Source of the DNA: Haliotis rufescens
Taxonomy: Eukaryota
Assembly (NCBI RefSeq): GCF_023055435.1
Contig: NW_025963857.1
Span: forward strand, 16,678,001-16,742,000
Direction: 5' to 3'
Length of the DNA: 64,000 bases
Each line of letters starts with the position of its first letter. Position 1 is the first letter of the stretch. The translations under genes were made by a program, and so were the position numbers. Below are positions 52,971 through 64,000 of the stretch, one piece after another. The notes beneath the pieces are model-generated. The model ran no database searches, was not told where the DNA came from, and saw only the letters and a list, made by a program, of their open reading frames with translations.

Positions 52971-53929
52971 AAATCAATCTGTTCTAATTCTACACTGTAC
53001 TGATTTGAGAGACTGAAATCTATGATACGTCTGCCCCCATAACCGAAGCCCAAAGGAGACAAATAGAGCGAATGGTATAATGTAGCAATGCCAAATACAC
53101 GTTGATACTATATTTATACTATACACCAGGTTGGGTGGTGGAGCAGTCACGCGGTTAACACGTTCGTCGAAGACACAGGTTCGATTTCTCAATAAGAAAC
53201 AATGTGTACACCCATTTTTGGTGCCATGATACTGCTGCATATTGCTTAAAGCGCGCTAAAAACCACGTTCACGCATTTGTGCAAGTCGGCGATGCATAGA
53301 TCATATTGTTCTCTCCATGAAGTTAATTCCGTTGCCCCAGCTTACAGATGACAAATGGGACTCCTTCCAATGGTATTGGTAAGATGACATGACACCTCCT
53401 GCTTCCCGGACATTGTACAGTACTAACATAGATCAAATACTGCCCAGTGTGGAGTGTGTAGTCTGTCCGTACATCCCCGAGTCTGTGTACGAGCTTCTGT
53501 GTACGAACATATAATAGAAGGGTCGACCAGATTTGTTTGTTGAGGTTCAAAAAATTATTTTCAATAACTTTGGTATTGCGAATTCTGTGTCCTCTTCCCA
53601 CCGACAATCTATAGCACGGTTCTTGCATGCAATGTAGCTAGCTTAGAGGTTTTCTCAATTTGTTTATACTGACACGTGTATTCCAGCTATTGACTTTCTT
53701 TGAAAGTGTCACTGTGATATCAATGTTTACCTTAGTACAAAGTAACTTGATACAAAGGTTTGTACTATAATGACTGAAACATGAGAGCATAACGTGTAGA
53801 CTTCATCAGATAAGGTCAGTCTTGATATACATACAAGATTATTAACGGATTACGAAATGCTTGAATCATTGTAAAATTAAATGTGTTCAAAGTCACATTG
53901 TTGGATGGTCGTGATTTATTAACTCTTGC

Positions 53930-54194
53930 ACCCGTGAAGATCCGGGGTGGAATAGGTCTTCAGCAACCCATATGCATGTCGTAAAAGGCGACTTTGCTTG
54001 TCGTAAGAGACGACTAACGGGGTCGGGTGGACAGGCTCGCTGACTTGGTTGATGCATGTCATCGTATCCCAATTTAGTGGATCGATGCTATTGATGTCAA
54101 TCACTGGATTGTCTGGTATAGACTCGATTATTTACAGACCGCCGTCATATTTGGAATTTTGCTGAGTGCGGCGTTAAACAACAAACAATCAAAC
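53930..54194 (+). mobile_element. Intronic SINE family B
   Basis: Near-consensus full-length copy. Confidence 0.9.
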
Positions 54195-54281
54195 AGTGGA
54201 CTCTGCTTTTCCCTGAGATTATAATAATGGAAAGGATTTTGTCGCCACAATTCCTTATTAAGTAACCAATAATCTCCACAG

Positions 54282-54487
54282 TACCGTCTGGAGTCCCGTA
54301 TGGACCCCGCTGACCTTATCTACAAACCAGGATCGTTCTCGCGCATGCGAGAGCAGGTACGTGACGCCCATGACAAGATGGACCGCCACCGTCAACTGCT
54401 TGACCGCTACTTGACCGACAGTGGCCCAACCCGAGACATACAGGGAAGCGTTCAGCGTAAGATGGAGGAGCTGGAGCGTCGTGACCC
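54282..54487 (+). CDS. Exon encoding a helical/coiled-coil segment (YRLESRMDPADLIYKPGSFSRMREQVRDAHDKMDRHRQLLDRYL...MEELERRD)
   Basis: Acceptor atctccacag|, donor CC|gtatgt; phase 0 to 2; GC-rich coding-like composition. Confidence 0.85.
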
Positions 54488-55691
54488 GTATGTACCCATT
54501 ACGTCACTTCCTGTTTACGTTCTGACAAAAGTTACCTCCCTTGCAGTTTTTTTTCATGTTAAATTTAGATACAATCTGTAATATTCGACATGAATCCATT
54601 GGTGTATTTTCCCATTGAAGACTGAACTGAATATCAGCGTATATGTATACTTGTATTATAATTGTTTATGCTCAAGGGAGGTAACTAAGATACATTCATG
54701 TTTAGCCAAACGAGTTTTGTATTCAGATTTTGAACATAAAACTGATTTAAATGTTAAAATGTAAAATCACCGCTCACGTTAATGTTGAGAACAGAGTATA
54801 CTATTTTACTATCACGAGATAAGATACCGAAATTCGTTTGTATAAACAGTGTGCATGCTCTTTTCTGGTTTTACATTGACCTTTCGCCTGTGTGGTGCAT
54901 GCTTTACCTATAATGCTTGTAAAATTTTCTTATTTATAATTTGGAATTCATATATATTAGATCACTATTGTAAATTCAGTTAAATGTTTTTATCTTGCAT
55001 GCTTATATGGAAAAAAATATTTCAAATAAAATCAAGTTTTGAGAATTTCTGAAAGTCTTTGCCTTAGTAAGTAGCTTGTAGTCTCTTACTTTTTTCCGTT
55101 CAAAGAATATTTTTCACCTCCTCTCTATACCTCTCGCACCAGTCTCCACACTTTTTGCAAGTCTATACATTTAGTTTTCACTTGTTTCAGTTCAAGGCTA
55201 GTAATATCGTTATTGTTTGGTTAACTTTTATTCCTAACCCACACTAGAAAACGTTCTTCACGTTCACATTACTAACACAAGGATTCTACTTTAACGATGT
55301 TAAAGCTGTACTAAATGTTGATTAATCGTAATTTGTTATAAGATTAAACTTTGCTTTACTTATCGTTTACATTTTCAAGTATTTCATGTTTCGCCTAGCA
55401 GACTTAAACGCGCTTATCAATATGTTTGCAACTCACCTTGAACTAGAACAAACACGTAAGCGCAGCCGTTAAGCACAAGTGTTTTTGTGACTTAACCGGT
55501 TCTTAGTTTCCCTTTGCTGTGTGCTTAACCTATGCTTATGTTGAGAGCTTCCGAAACGTTTCATGAAGAAACGTTGCTTTTGCGGAAAGCAAGCCTAACT
55601 CTCGGCGGCATACAGTGTTGAGGTCATATGGCAATGGTGCATCGTGCTTTCAGAATGTTTAAATTTTTTTCTGACTTTTAAGTTCTTACAG

Positions 55692-55752
55692 GGGCCCGGT
55701 GAGTGTCAGCAGCGATCGCCTGTCGGTATACAAACCCCCTCCCCGTGTGGTC
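55692..55752 (+). CDS. Exon ((P)GPVSVSSDRLSVYKPPPRVV)
   Basis: Acceptor ttcttacag|, donor GTC|gtaagt; phase 2 to 0 fits both neighbours. Confidence 0.8.
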
Positions 55753-57652
55753 GTAAGTTTTGCTTCTAGTTCAACTAACCTGGCACACTAAACACTCAAT
55801 ATTGTGAAACCTCGTTATTCCGTGCGGGAGCGTTCCCTCTGAAATCATCAGGATTTTCACATTAACGAATCGTTGATACGTAGCAAGACACTTAGTTTTA
55901 TACACATCAGCGTTCACTGCAGTAACAGGGTCCGGACTAGCGAGGTCTCACTGTATCACAATATGCTTCATTGAAATATGTAAGTGAAAGGTTACGTTAA
56001 TGATCTACACGTCCGATCAACCAAGATTTAGATTTTCTTTCATCCCGTATTACGAATTTTGGAATATTTTGAGTACGTTTTTTTAAATACCTTTCATAGT
56101 TATTTTGTCTAGATTGTCATACTTATTTATTCACAGTTTTCAAATTGGTAAACAAATGTTTAATATATAATTTAGACACATTATACATTTATATGGATTA
56201 TTTGCATTGGGAAGAGGTAAGGACTGCATGTGAATCTATAACTGTGTGTGTGGATTAACAATTGATAGCGACATCCTTTCACTTAATCGTAAGTTTTTCA
56301 AAGATTTATTATGCTATTAATTCTAAGAACAAATCGCAGATCACATATGTTTATGGTGCACACAACCGAACACAATCCGAATACTTATTTCGATATATAC
56401 CCTTATTTTTATTCCCACTATCAGTTTGACCATTTCCAATATCCATAGTAGACGCTTCCCCTTAATAAACAATTCTTGTCATGGAAATAGCGTTAATATT
56501 CTTCCAAATAAAACAGGAGTCTAAAGGAATATTGGAACTTTGTCGAAATATTTTGTCCATCGTAGCCAAGGAAAGAAAATAAAGACAACATTCTTTTCAA
56601 CTCATAGAAATCAAAGGGGTGGATGCTTTCGACGTAAAACCACCTCCTAGTCGTGATATCGGGGTGGGGTACCCAAGTGGTAATAACAGGGTCACGCAGG
56701 AGCCCCGGGTTCGATTCCCAACATGACATCAACAAATCCCATTCTTGATATTCCGGGAACAAAAACGATTGTCAAACTTGGGGGATATTTTTCATTTTAC
56801 ATTTTCACTGATGCCCATAAAATAATATATATTTATTTGGAAGGGGTTCCGAGTTAAACTGGAGGGATAGATCAGTGTCCATTGTAAATCCAGCCTATCG
56901 TTATGTATGCCGGATAACACCTATCTTGACGACCATGACAAGTATTGTATGATATACACACTATCCTGTTTGCAGTTGGGCGTGGCACTTTAGTTTACAC
57001 TATATATATATATATATATTGACTGTTGTGATATAAACAATATAAATATGTATCGTTTGAAGAGTTTTAGCGCCTAGGGTAGTGCACATATATACATTAG
57101 CATTTGTGCTTTCCACCAACTTTTAAATATTCAACGTTACAAGAAGTAAACTTCAATATGTACATTTATCAAAACGTTGTTTGGAATCTATCAAACTTAT
57201 TGCATGCTGTGGTTTCATGTCAATTTTGTTAAATGCTTTAAATATTCTACTGTTTCCTAACGAGTTCATCACATAGTACTGTTACAGTAACATTCTTTAT
57301 TGTTTTAACCGTTGTTGCTTCTTGAGTTCAGCCCAGTTTTTTTGCACTAACGTCAGCTTTCTGCAATTAAATCTACGAGTATCAAACAAATCAGGGAACT
57401 GAACTGGGGCACAACAAGGGGTTACAAAAACTGCCGTCATCCACTGTCATCTCAAGGACTTTCCTCATATTTCCTTAAAGCCTTTACAACTTTCCACCAG
57501 CGGTGTGATTTTGTTTTTGTAACATATTCTTTACAAATATGCATGGGTTCCATAAACGTCCTTGACATTGACAGTTGATTTCCGAGTTTCTGGAACACGT
57601 TATGACGTCATCAAAAGGATATGACGTCACATATTGTGCTATACCTTGACAG

Positions 57653-57763
57653 AGCCAATACGGTATGCCCCCAAAACAGCCCGTCTCCGAACTGAGGAGG
57701 AGATTGAGGCGCACAGTGTGTAGGAGCAGAGGCGAGCCCAACTATTACAGAGACCGGGAGTAA
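57653..57763 (+). CDS. Terminal coding exon (SQYGMPPKQPVSELRRRLRRTVCRSRGEPNYYRDRE*)
   Basis: Acceptor ataccttgacag|, phase 0, TAA at 57761-57763. Confidence 0.8.
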   Translation, partial: SQYGMPPKQPVSELRRRLRRTVCRSRGEPNYYRDRE

Positions 57764-57963
57764 AGTCGCGTGCAACACGTGTCTAGTCCCCTCGGGAGGG
57801 TAGGTATCCATGGCAACGGACGGGCTTGCAGTGAAAAAGACCTTACCAGTGGTGTCCCTCCAAATATACAAACCTTTGCACCCACCGGTTTCCCGCAACA
57901 TTTTGCACAATGAGTGCTCCCCTGTACAGATAGATATCAAATCCGTATTTGTGTACTGATATA

Positions 57964-58135
57964 GGACCCCGTGGGGATTCCGGGTTAGACTAGTCCCCCA
58001 GCAACCTCTGCTGGTCGTAAAGGGGGACCAAATCGATCGGGGGGACAGGCTTGGTGACTTGGTTGATTGAGTGTTATCGTACCCCGACGGCGTGGGACGT
58101 TGTTCATAATATCAATAACTGGTTCACCTGGTCCT
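57964..58135 (+). mobile_element. Diverged SINE family B with compensatory stem changes
   Basis: ggaccccgtggggattccgggttagactagtcccccagcaacc... Confidence 0.75.
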
Positions 58136-60127
58136 GACCTCCCGAATTCGAACTATTCAAATTATTTGCTACCCATCAACCCCAAACCCTGGTCAGAAAT
58201 TACATACGTTTCTCGCCATTGTCCTCGTGTAAGACCCTAACATACTGAATCAAATCCAGTGGTGGTTCAAAAACAAATCTGCAAATTGCTTCGCTGCTTG
58301 GTAGTGGGCAAAATGCAGTGAAGCGAATGTACAAACGACACACTGGGTATGAACCGATATTATAGTTCCAAAGCTTCCATTTTCATTTGACACCAAACGT
58401 TTAACTTCCGATATACGGCCGCCATGATAGCTGTCGTCAAGGTAAGCGGATTAATTAAGGCGACGGTAAGAAGTATTGGTGACTTTCATACCTGATGCGT
58501 CGTTTATTCACCCTGTTCTTATATCTATCCTAACCTGGTGACTGACACAGTTCCGCTGTTGTTTGTGCTCCCATTGCATGACGGTCCCTTGGTGTTACGA
58601 GTAATGGCCACGTGTCGCGGTCACGTGTCGTGCTGGTGGCCAATCAGTGGAGTATTTCAAATTTCTGCAGTAAGATAACTTTTTGAATCACTTCCTCACT
58701 TTCTGAATGATTATAATTTGTAAGCTGTTTTTATACTTATTGCCATATTACTTTGATAATATTTGATCGTAATGATAAGAGACCATTTTTTCTATGTATA
58801 TATTATCTTTGAAAGATATTGGAAAGAATATCACTTCGTATCCACCAGTAAAAAATCTGAAAAATATCATATATTGGGCCCAATTCACAAAGTGATCGTT
58901 GCGTTACTCAAAAAACGTATGATCGTTAAGTGAAACGGGGCTCAGTATATTACGGTTGTTAAAGATTTTGTTATATGCAATGGAAAACCATACAGAAATT
59001 AGCATGTTCAGACGGCTTTCCCCCGATTTTATGTTTCTTATATGTCTTTACTTCCATTTTCAGAAGAAGTATTAGAGTGAAGTAGGGCATCCCAGTCAAG
59101 TCGGTGTCTGGTCCTGGAGTATGCCAGACGACGTTACAATCATTGAAGCATCGATTGGAGATTTTGTACATTTTGTTTCGATTAGAAAAGCTTTTCTTCC
59201 GGTTTTGGTACAGATATTTTAACTATCCCACGTTACGGCGTATGCTTCATGGTGACTTTGTTGAACGCGTCTCACTCTGCGCTCGCATTTCAGCATCTTT
59301 TGCTGAAACAGTGTCTTACGCTGAAACAGAATCTTATGCTGAAACAGTATAAAATGAGGCCATAAAGCGCGCACTTACTGTATATGTGTATGTCCAAACT
59401 GTTGACAAAATTAAGGGATATTTCATATTTGTTATTTATTTGCATATATTTATTTAAAGGCTAATTTAAGGCATTTGGTTGTTATAACAAGTGTTATATT
59501 CGCAACAGCTTGGCATAAAAAAGGGTTTGGAAATCAACCGAGGGAAGAAACCGATTCACGTGTGATTTAATATTCCTCACTGCCATTACGATTTTTACCC
59601 CGATATATTTTCTTCCATTGTACATAAATTGATATATACCATTAATTAGTAACAGCTCAGAATAACTACCCAAAGGAAAGACAAACGACAACGGCCACAC
59701 CGGAATATACTTCTTCATTGAGGGTTCATTTTGCAAGTCTGGAAATCTAAATCGCTGTGAACTGGCTCCAGTTTATATGGAGGCCCAAACTGGTTTCACA
59801 AAAACTTCAAACTGCCTCACAAACCAGTTTCGGTTCGAGTGTGGCCACGCCTGATATTTGGCAAAGTGACGGGAGAAAACGTGCTGAAAAGACTGAAAAG
59901 CGTTTACTAAAAAGTGTTAAAGAAAATTTGAAAATATTTACTTCAGATTTTCAAGTCCTTTCATTGCTGTACAGAACGGACTATGAGGCTTTAAGAGCGG
60001 TGTGTTGTTCTGTGTGTTAAAGTATATATGGTCCCTCTAGCGCCATTGTTGAAACAGCTCTTGTAATTAAAGACTTCATTAAACTACCCGCCATTCGAGT
60101 CATGTCTTTATTCCTTTCAAGGAGTTT

Positions 60128-60346
60128 TTGTTTGTTTGTCTGTTTGTTGTTAACGCCGCACTCAGCAATATTCAGTTATATAACGGCGGTCTGTACCTGA
60201 AACCTAGTGATTGACATCATGAACATCGGTCTACGCAATTGGAATACCATTCATGCATCAACCAAGTCGGCGAGCCTGACCATACGATACATTTAGTCGC
60301 CTCTTACAACAAGCGGAAGACCAATTCTGATCCGGATTTTCACGGG
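60128..60346 (-). mobile_element. SINE family B
   Basis: Reverse complement match; flanking ttc(a/g)aggagtt TSD-like repeat. Confidence 0.85.
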
Positions 60347-60785
60347 TTTCGAGGAGTTACTTGAGTTATCATAAGTAGATAACCTCGTGGGGGCCATTGT
60401 TAGAATTCGACCCCACAAAACTATCGCTTGACGACAATGTGATTTAAATGGTCAGGCCCTATGATTTGGTTGATTGTGTCACCGTATCCGACGGCGTGAG
60501 TTTTGCATGTGTTTGTGATGGGTGTCACCGGTGCAGCAGGATACGCTCACCATTTCGCGAACACTTGTTATCAGAAAGACAGTTTATTCAGTCGGAAAGG
60601 TCATATGGCCCACAGTACTGTTCAGTTTTAACATACATGAAGTCAACGTGATCTTGAACATAGCATGGTATATTTTCACCTTAGTCTGAACACATGTATT
60701 AAATACACTGCTAAAGATTTGATAACATCTTCATTGTTGGAATTCAACAAATTGATCATTAATTGATTGTCTTTGGGTGTAATGC

Positions 60786-61190
60786 CTAAATTAGATAGAA
60801 ACTTTGATCTGCACGTTTTATTTTTTCACATATAAAAAGAACATGAAACTCGTCTTGGTTGGTACAGTTAGTACATATACAATTTACAAAATCACTACCC
60901 TTGGTTCTACGACACTTATTGACATGGAAGATTCTCAATTTACAAAGAGCTCTTAATGGAGATTTATCTTGTAATACAGTTTTAAAAAATCTTGTTGTAA
61001 CAATGATTTGATACCAGAATAATGCTTGAGAAAGTATGAAGAGGAAACTTGTTGATGCCAGTTTTGCTGAATTTAATCTAATAATCTTTGTATTTAAAGC
61101 TAGTTTTTCATTACCGATGTCTTGTGCGATCCATTCAAAGGAAAATCCAGAATTAAATAATATGCTTCTTACACCAATTGGATAGTGATT
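60786..61190 (-). mobile_element. Decayed 3' end of a non-LTR retrotransposon ORF2 (RTE-X/CR1-group-like)
   Basis: VRSILFNSGFSFEWIAQDIGN...RALCKLR...CTNC-DEFHVLFIC: CCHC knuckle region typical of LINE ORF2 C-termini, internally deleted. Confidence 0.7.
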
Positions 61191-62112
61191 TATAAGCACA
61201 TGCATATGATGTAGTCGGAATGGTACCATGGACTCTTCTTGGGGATTTTTTTATGATTATAGAAATGGTTTTGTCGCTATTATCATAATATCTGTCAGTG
61301 AGTTGTCTGGCCCACATTTGATTGTTTACAGGCCGCCGTGATATAGACTGCGTAAAACAACAGCCACGTTAAGAGATGGTGTACGCTTCTGCGCGTAGTA
61401 TACGTCTCGGATTACCCTGGATCTTTAGGGATTCAAGAGTTTGCGGCAATGTCATCGTGGGATTGAATCCCATATTATCCCCAATTATGATCCTCAGTTT
61501 ATCTAAGGCGACGCATTATTTCGTCCCTTGGGTGTGACACGATCCTGTGATCGCGGGAACTGACTTGGTTCGTCAGACCATACCGTGGGTTTCACCAGAT
61601 GGTAAACGTCGAAGACCTGCATCACTCCGACACTAAGCTAGCTGACGTGCCAGGATATACCTGAAAACATGACTCTACCCAATGATCAAACTGATGTGAC
61701 ATGCTCAAAGGGGATATGTTATCATGACTGACGGTCGGGGATTTTATGAGAGCTTCCAGCAATGCTGATTGTGCAAAAAGGCGATCCTCGGGCAAATACG
61801 AATTAAATTATACAAGAATCTAATGTAAATCAATAATTCCAAAACATCAAGTAATTGTTACTAGTACGGCAGCAAAACCAGTATTTTGACATCATGTATT
61901 ACAGAATCGTGCAGACTTGTATCAGTGACAACATAAGCTAAACACAGGTCGTATTGATCTAGAAGCCAGGTCAGGGACATAAAGTCTGTCATCATGTGCT
62001 CGCGTATGTCATACACGGCAACGCCGTAAGCTTATGGACACCGACGTTGACAACGACAACTCTGTTCGACAACTGCCATTTAAACATTACACTATTAACC
62101 CTACAGGTAGTA

Positions 62113-62238
62113 CACTACTCAAAACAATTTAAAGAACACCCACAATTAGAAAGCTGTGTTTAGCAATACCCACCAGCCGTGACAGATGGCATAGTCATAT
62201 GAAGAATTCGGGTGTTCTTTAACTTCTTTTGAGTAGTA
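62113..62238. mobile_element. Tc1/mariner-type MITE just upstream of a TATA box
   Basis: TIR cactactcaaaa / ttttgagtagta, TA flanks; same family as 24239-24365. Confidence 0.7.
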
Positions 62239-62269
62239 TATATAGGTTGACACCTCATGCTCACGGTAC

Positions 62270-62299
62270 TATATATAACCACACAGAAAACAGTCATTC
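62270..62299 (+). promoter_or_regulatory. TATA box and Inr of the 112-aa gene
   Basis: TATATATAA at 62270-62278; TCATTC (Inr-like) at 62294-62299; ATG at 62326. Confidence 0.6.
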
Positions 62300-62325
62300 C
62301 TTACTAAATCCTAACAGAGAACCAC

Positions 62326-62664
62326 ATGTTCAACATCTGTCTTGCGACGTCGACTTCAACAGCAACTACTACTATGATGCCCACACTCACGTTGCTGAAG
62401 CTGCAATTGGCGTTGGTCGAGACTGAAAGCAGACTCAACCGCGCATGTGACCAAATATATCTCCTGGACGCTAGACTGGACGACATACAACATCGCCGCG
62501 ACATCGCCAACAGCAGACCCACCTTCCGATATAACCTTCTACTCCGGCAGAGGGTAACGGAGGGCATACGGAACACGTACTACGAGTACGCATGGAAGAA
62601 GGCTGAAGAAATAGCCCTCCTCAAGTACCAGATCGGAAAAGTTGAACAAAGACTTTCTTCGTAA
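62326..62664 (+). CDS. Intronless 112-aa uncharacterised helical/coiled-coil protein
   Basis: GC-rich ORF in AT-rich surroundings, core promoter upstream, heptad-like L/I spacing. The motif RAC.QI..L...FRYNL.LR....EG.RN.YYEYA resembles an uncharacterised molluscan family (recalled, not searched). Confidence 0.8.
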   Translation: MFNICLATSTSTATTTMMPTLTLLKLQLALVETESRLNRACDQIYLLDARLDDIQHRRDIANSRPTFRYNLLLRQRVTEGIRNTYYEYAWKKAEEIALLKYQIGKVEQRLSS

Positions 62665-64000
62665 ACATGAGTTCATGTTAATTCATTCTTAATTTCAAAG
62701 GCCCTTATGAGGGCCAACAAATCCATGAAAGAAAATTTGAAAACAGATAAAATACCATATTCTTGGTTCTGTTTTAATTACTAGATTTACCTATATGTAA
62801 TATAATTACATAAGGAACGGGTGTTTTTCCTTTCCACTGAATGTGGTGCCACTTCCAACAACATAAACATCAAAGGAGCCCACACGGGAAGACAACAAAC
62901 ATTTGACTTTCATGAATAAGAAAGGGCCTTATTATGTTGGGTGTGTTTTTATTATTTTTACAAAATGACATTTCTGACATACCTTTTTTTCTTTTTTTAT
63001 TCCTTCAACCAACCGAACTTGGAGCTGATATATGTTTTTACAGTGCTTTAAAGGTAGGCCTTATTGTAAATATAAATTGTCTGTCTCGATTATCCACCGT
63101 AACAAATTCCATTTGGCGTAAAAGGCAAAATATCTGTGAAAATTATATGAATGGACCACTGGAATTTAGTGATGACGCCAGGTGTTCGCGAAAAGGGTAA
63201 GCATGTCCTTAAAAAAACCATGTATAAGCAAGTATGCGGAATTGCTCTTTCTGATTATGTAGTGGTATCATTCATCATTTTCATAAATATCACAATAACG
63301 CATTTTCACTTATGGCTATAAAGGTTCGTCAGAACATCTTTGAAAAAGCGTTTTCTTGTTCTTCACGGAGTAGTTCGTTTAAAAACGATGCTTTTCTGTC
63401 AATACATGTTAAAAACAATCATTTGTTTGTCATTACTATGATATTAACTTTAATGTGGAAATCTTTGTTAGGCATTACTCAGGAAAACAAATGTCCCTAT
63501 GAAAAGTCGTCTCATATTCGTTAGAGAGAGAGTACGTTTAAACCATTCTCGGCTACATAATATCGAGTGAAGCACTATGTACACTCGAATTCCGTTGTCT
63601 CGAACTCGGATGTGTCGAAGCCCCGGTCGTGTCGAGATCACAGTCCGGCCCGGGCAAATGCTTTCTGAATTTATCACTATTTTATCCCGGATGTGTTGAA
63701 TTTTCGACTGTTTCGAACTAAATCTATAGGCGCAAGCGTTGAAAATACGTCAATGGTGAGTCTAACCTAGGTATTGTGGCAGACAGAGAAAGTGCGAACT
63801 ATTACAATGTATGCATATGACTTCATGGCATATCATTAAAATATAGTTACGAAATATTGTATTCACAGCTACCTTGGATATATATGTGTTATGCTTTCCC
63901 AATATTCACGCTTACTCAATTTCGGACATATTCAATACGTCAACGCCAGAGCGTAATCAGGCAGGGTTATTCGTCGAAACAGATTCCATAGGGCATAAGA

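Noticed and set aside
58200-58430. Minus-strand ATG GCG GCC start with a donor near 58205
   Set aside because: The frame stops after about 21 codons and the longer frame has no start; perhaps a transposon relic.

Overview
AT-rich, intron- and repeat-rich animal genomic DNA. The SINE families look molluscan, most like abalone (Haliotis); this is recall-based, not a search result. There is one 156-N assembly gap. Hand splicing supports three protein-coding units, all on +. (1) The last two exons (2468-2561, 5148-5253) of a gene ending in a WSCC...GCxxGxH Cys/His motif. (2) A gene of about 24 kb (33425-57763, about 1,070 aa with all major exons) for an uncharacterised Ser/Pro/Tyr/Arg-rich protein with a short helical C-terminus. 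Its middle is a run of phase-0 cassette exons from 1812 nt down to 12-18-nt microexons, with QKI/RBFOX-type motifs in the introns. (3) An intronless 112-aa coiled-coil-like gene (62326-62664) with TATA and Inr. The rest holds at least five SINE families, hAT/Harbinger/Tc1-mariner MITEs, a decayed LINE 3' end and several minisatellites. The most interesting non-coding signal is an abundant SINE (family B here) with no tRNA head. It starts at a fixed 5' position with a pseudoknotted RNA domain showing compensatory changes between copies, a candidate self-cleaving or processing RNA. Two minisatellites are amplified SINE heads and one is an amplified splice acceptor. Family letters A-D are my own labels.
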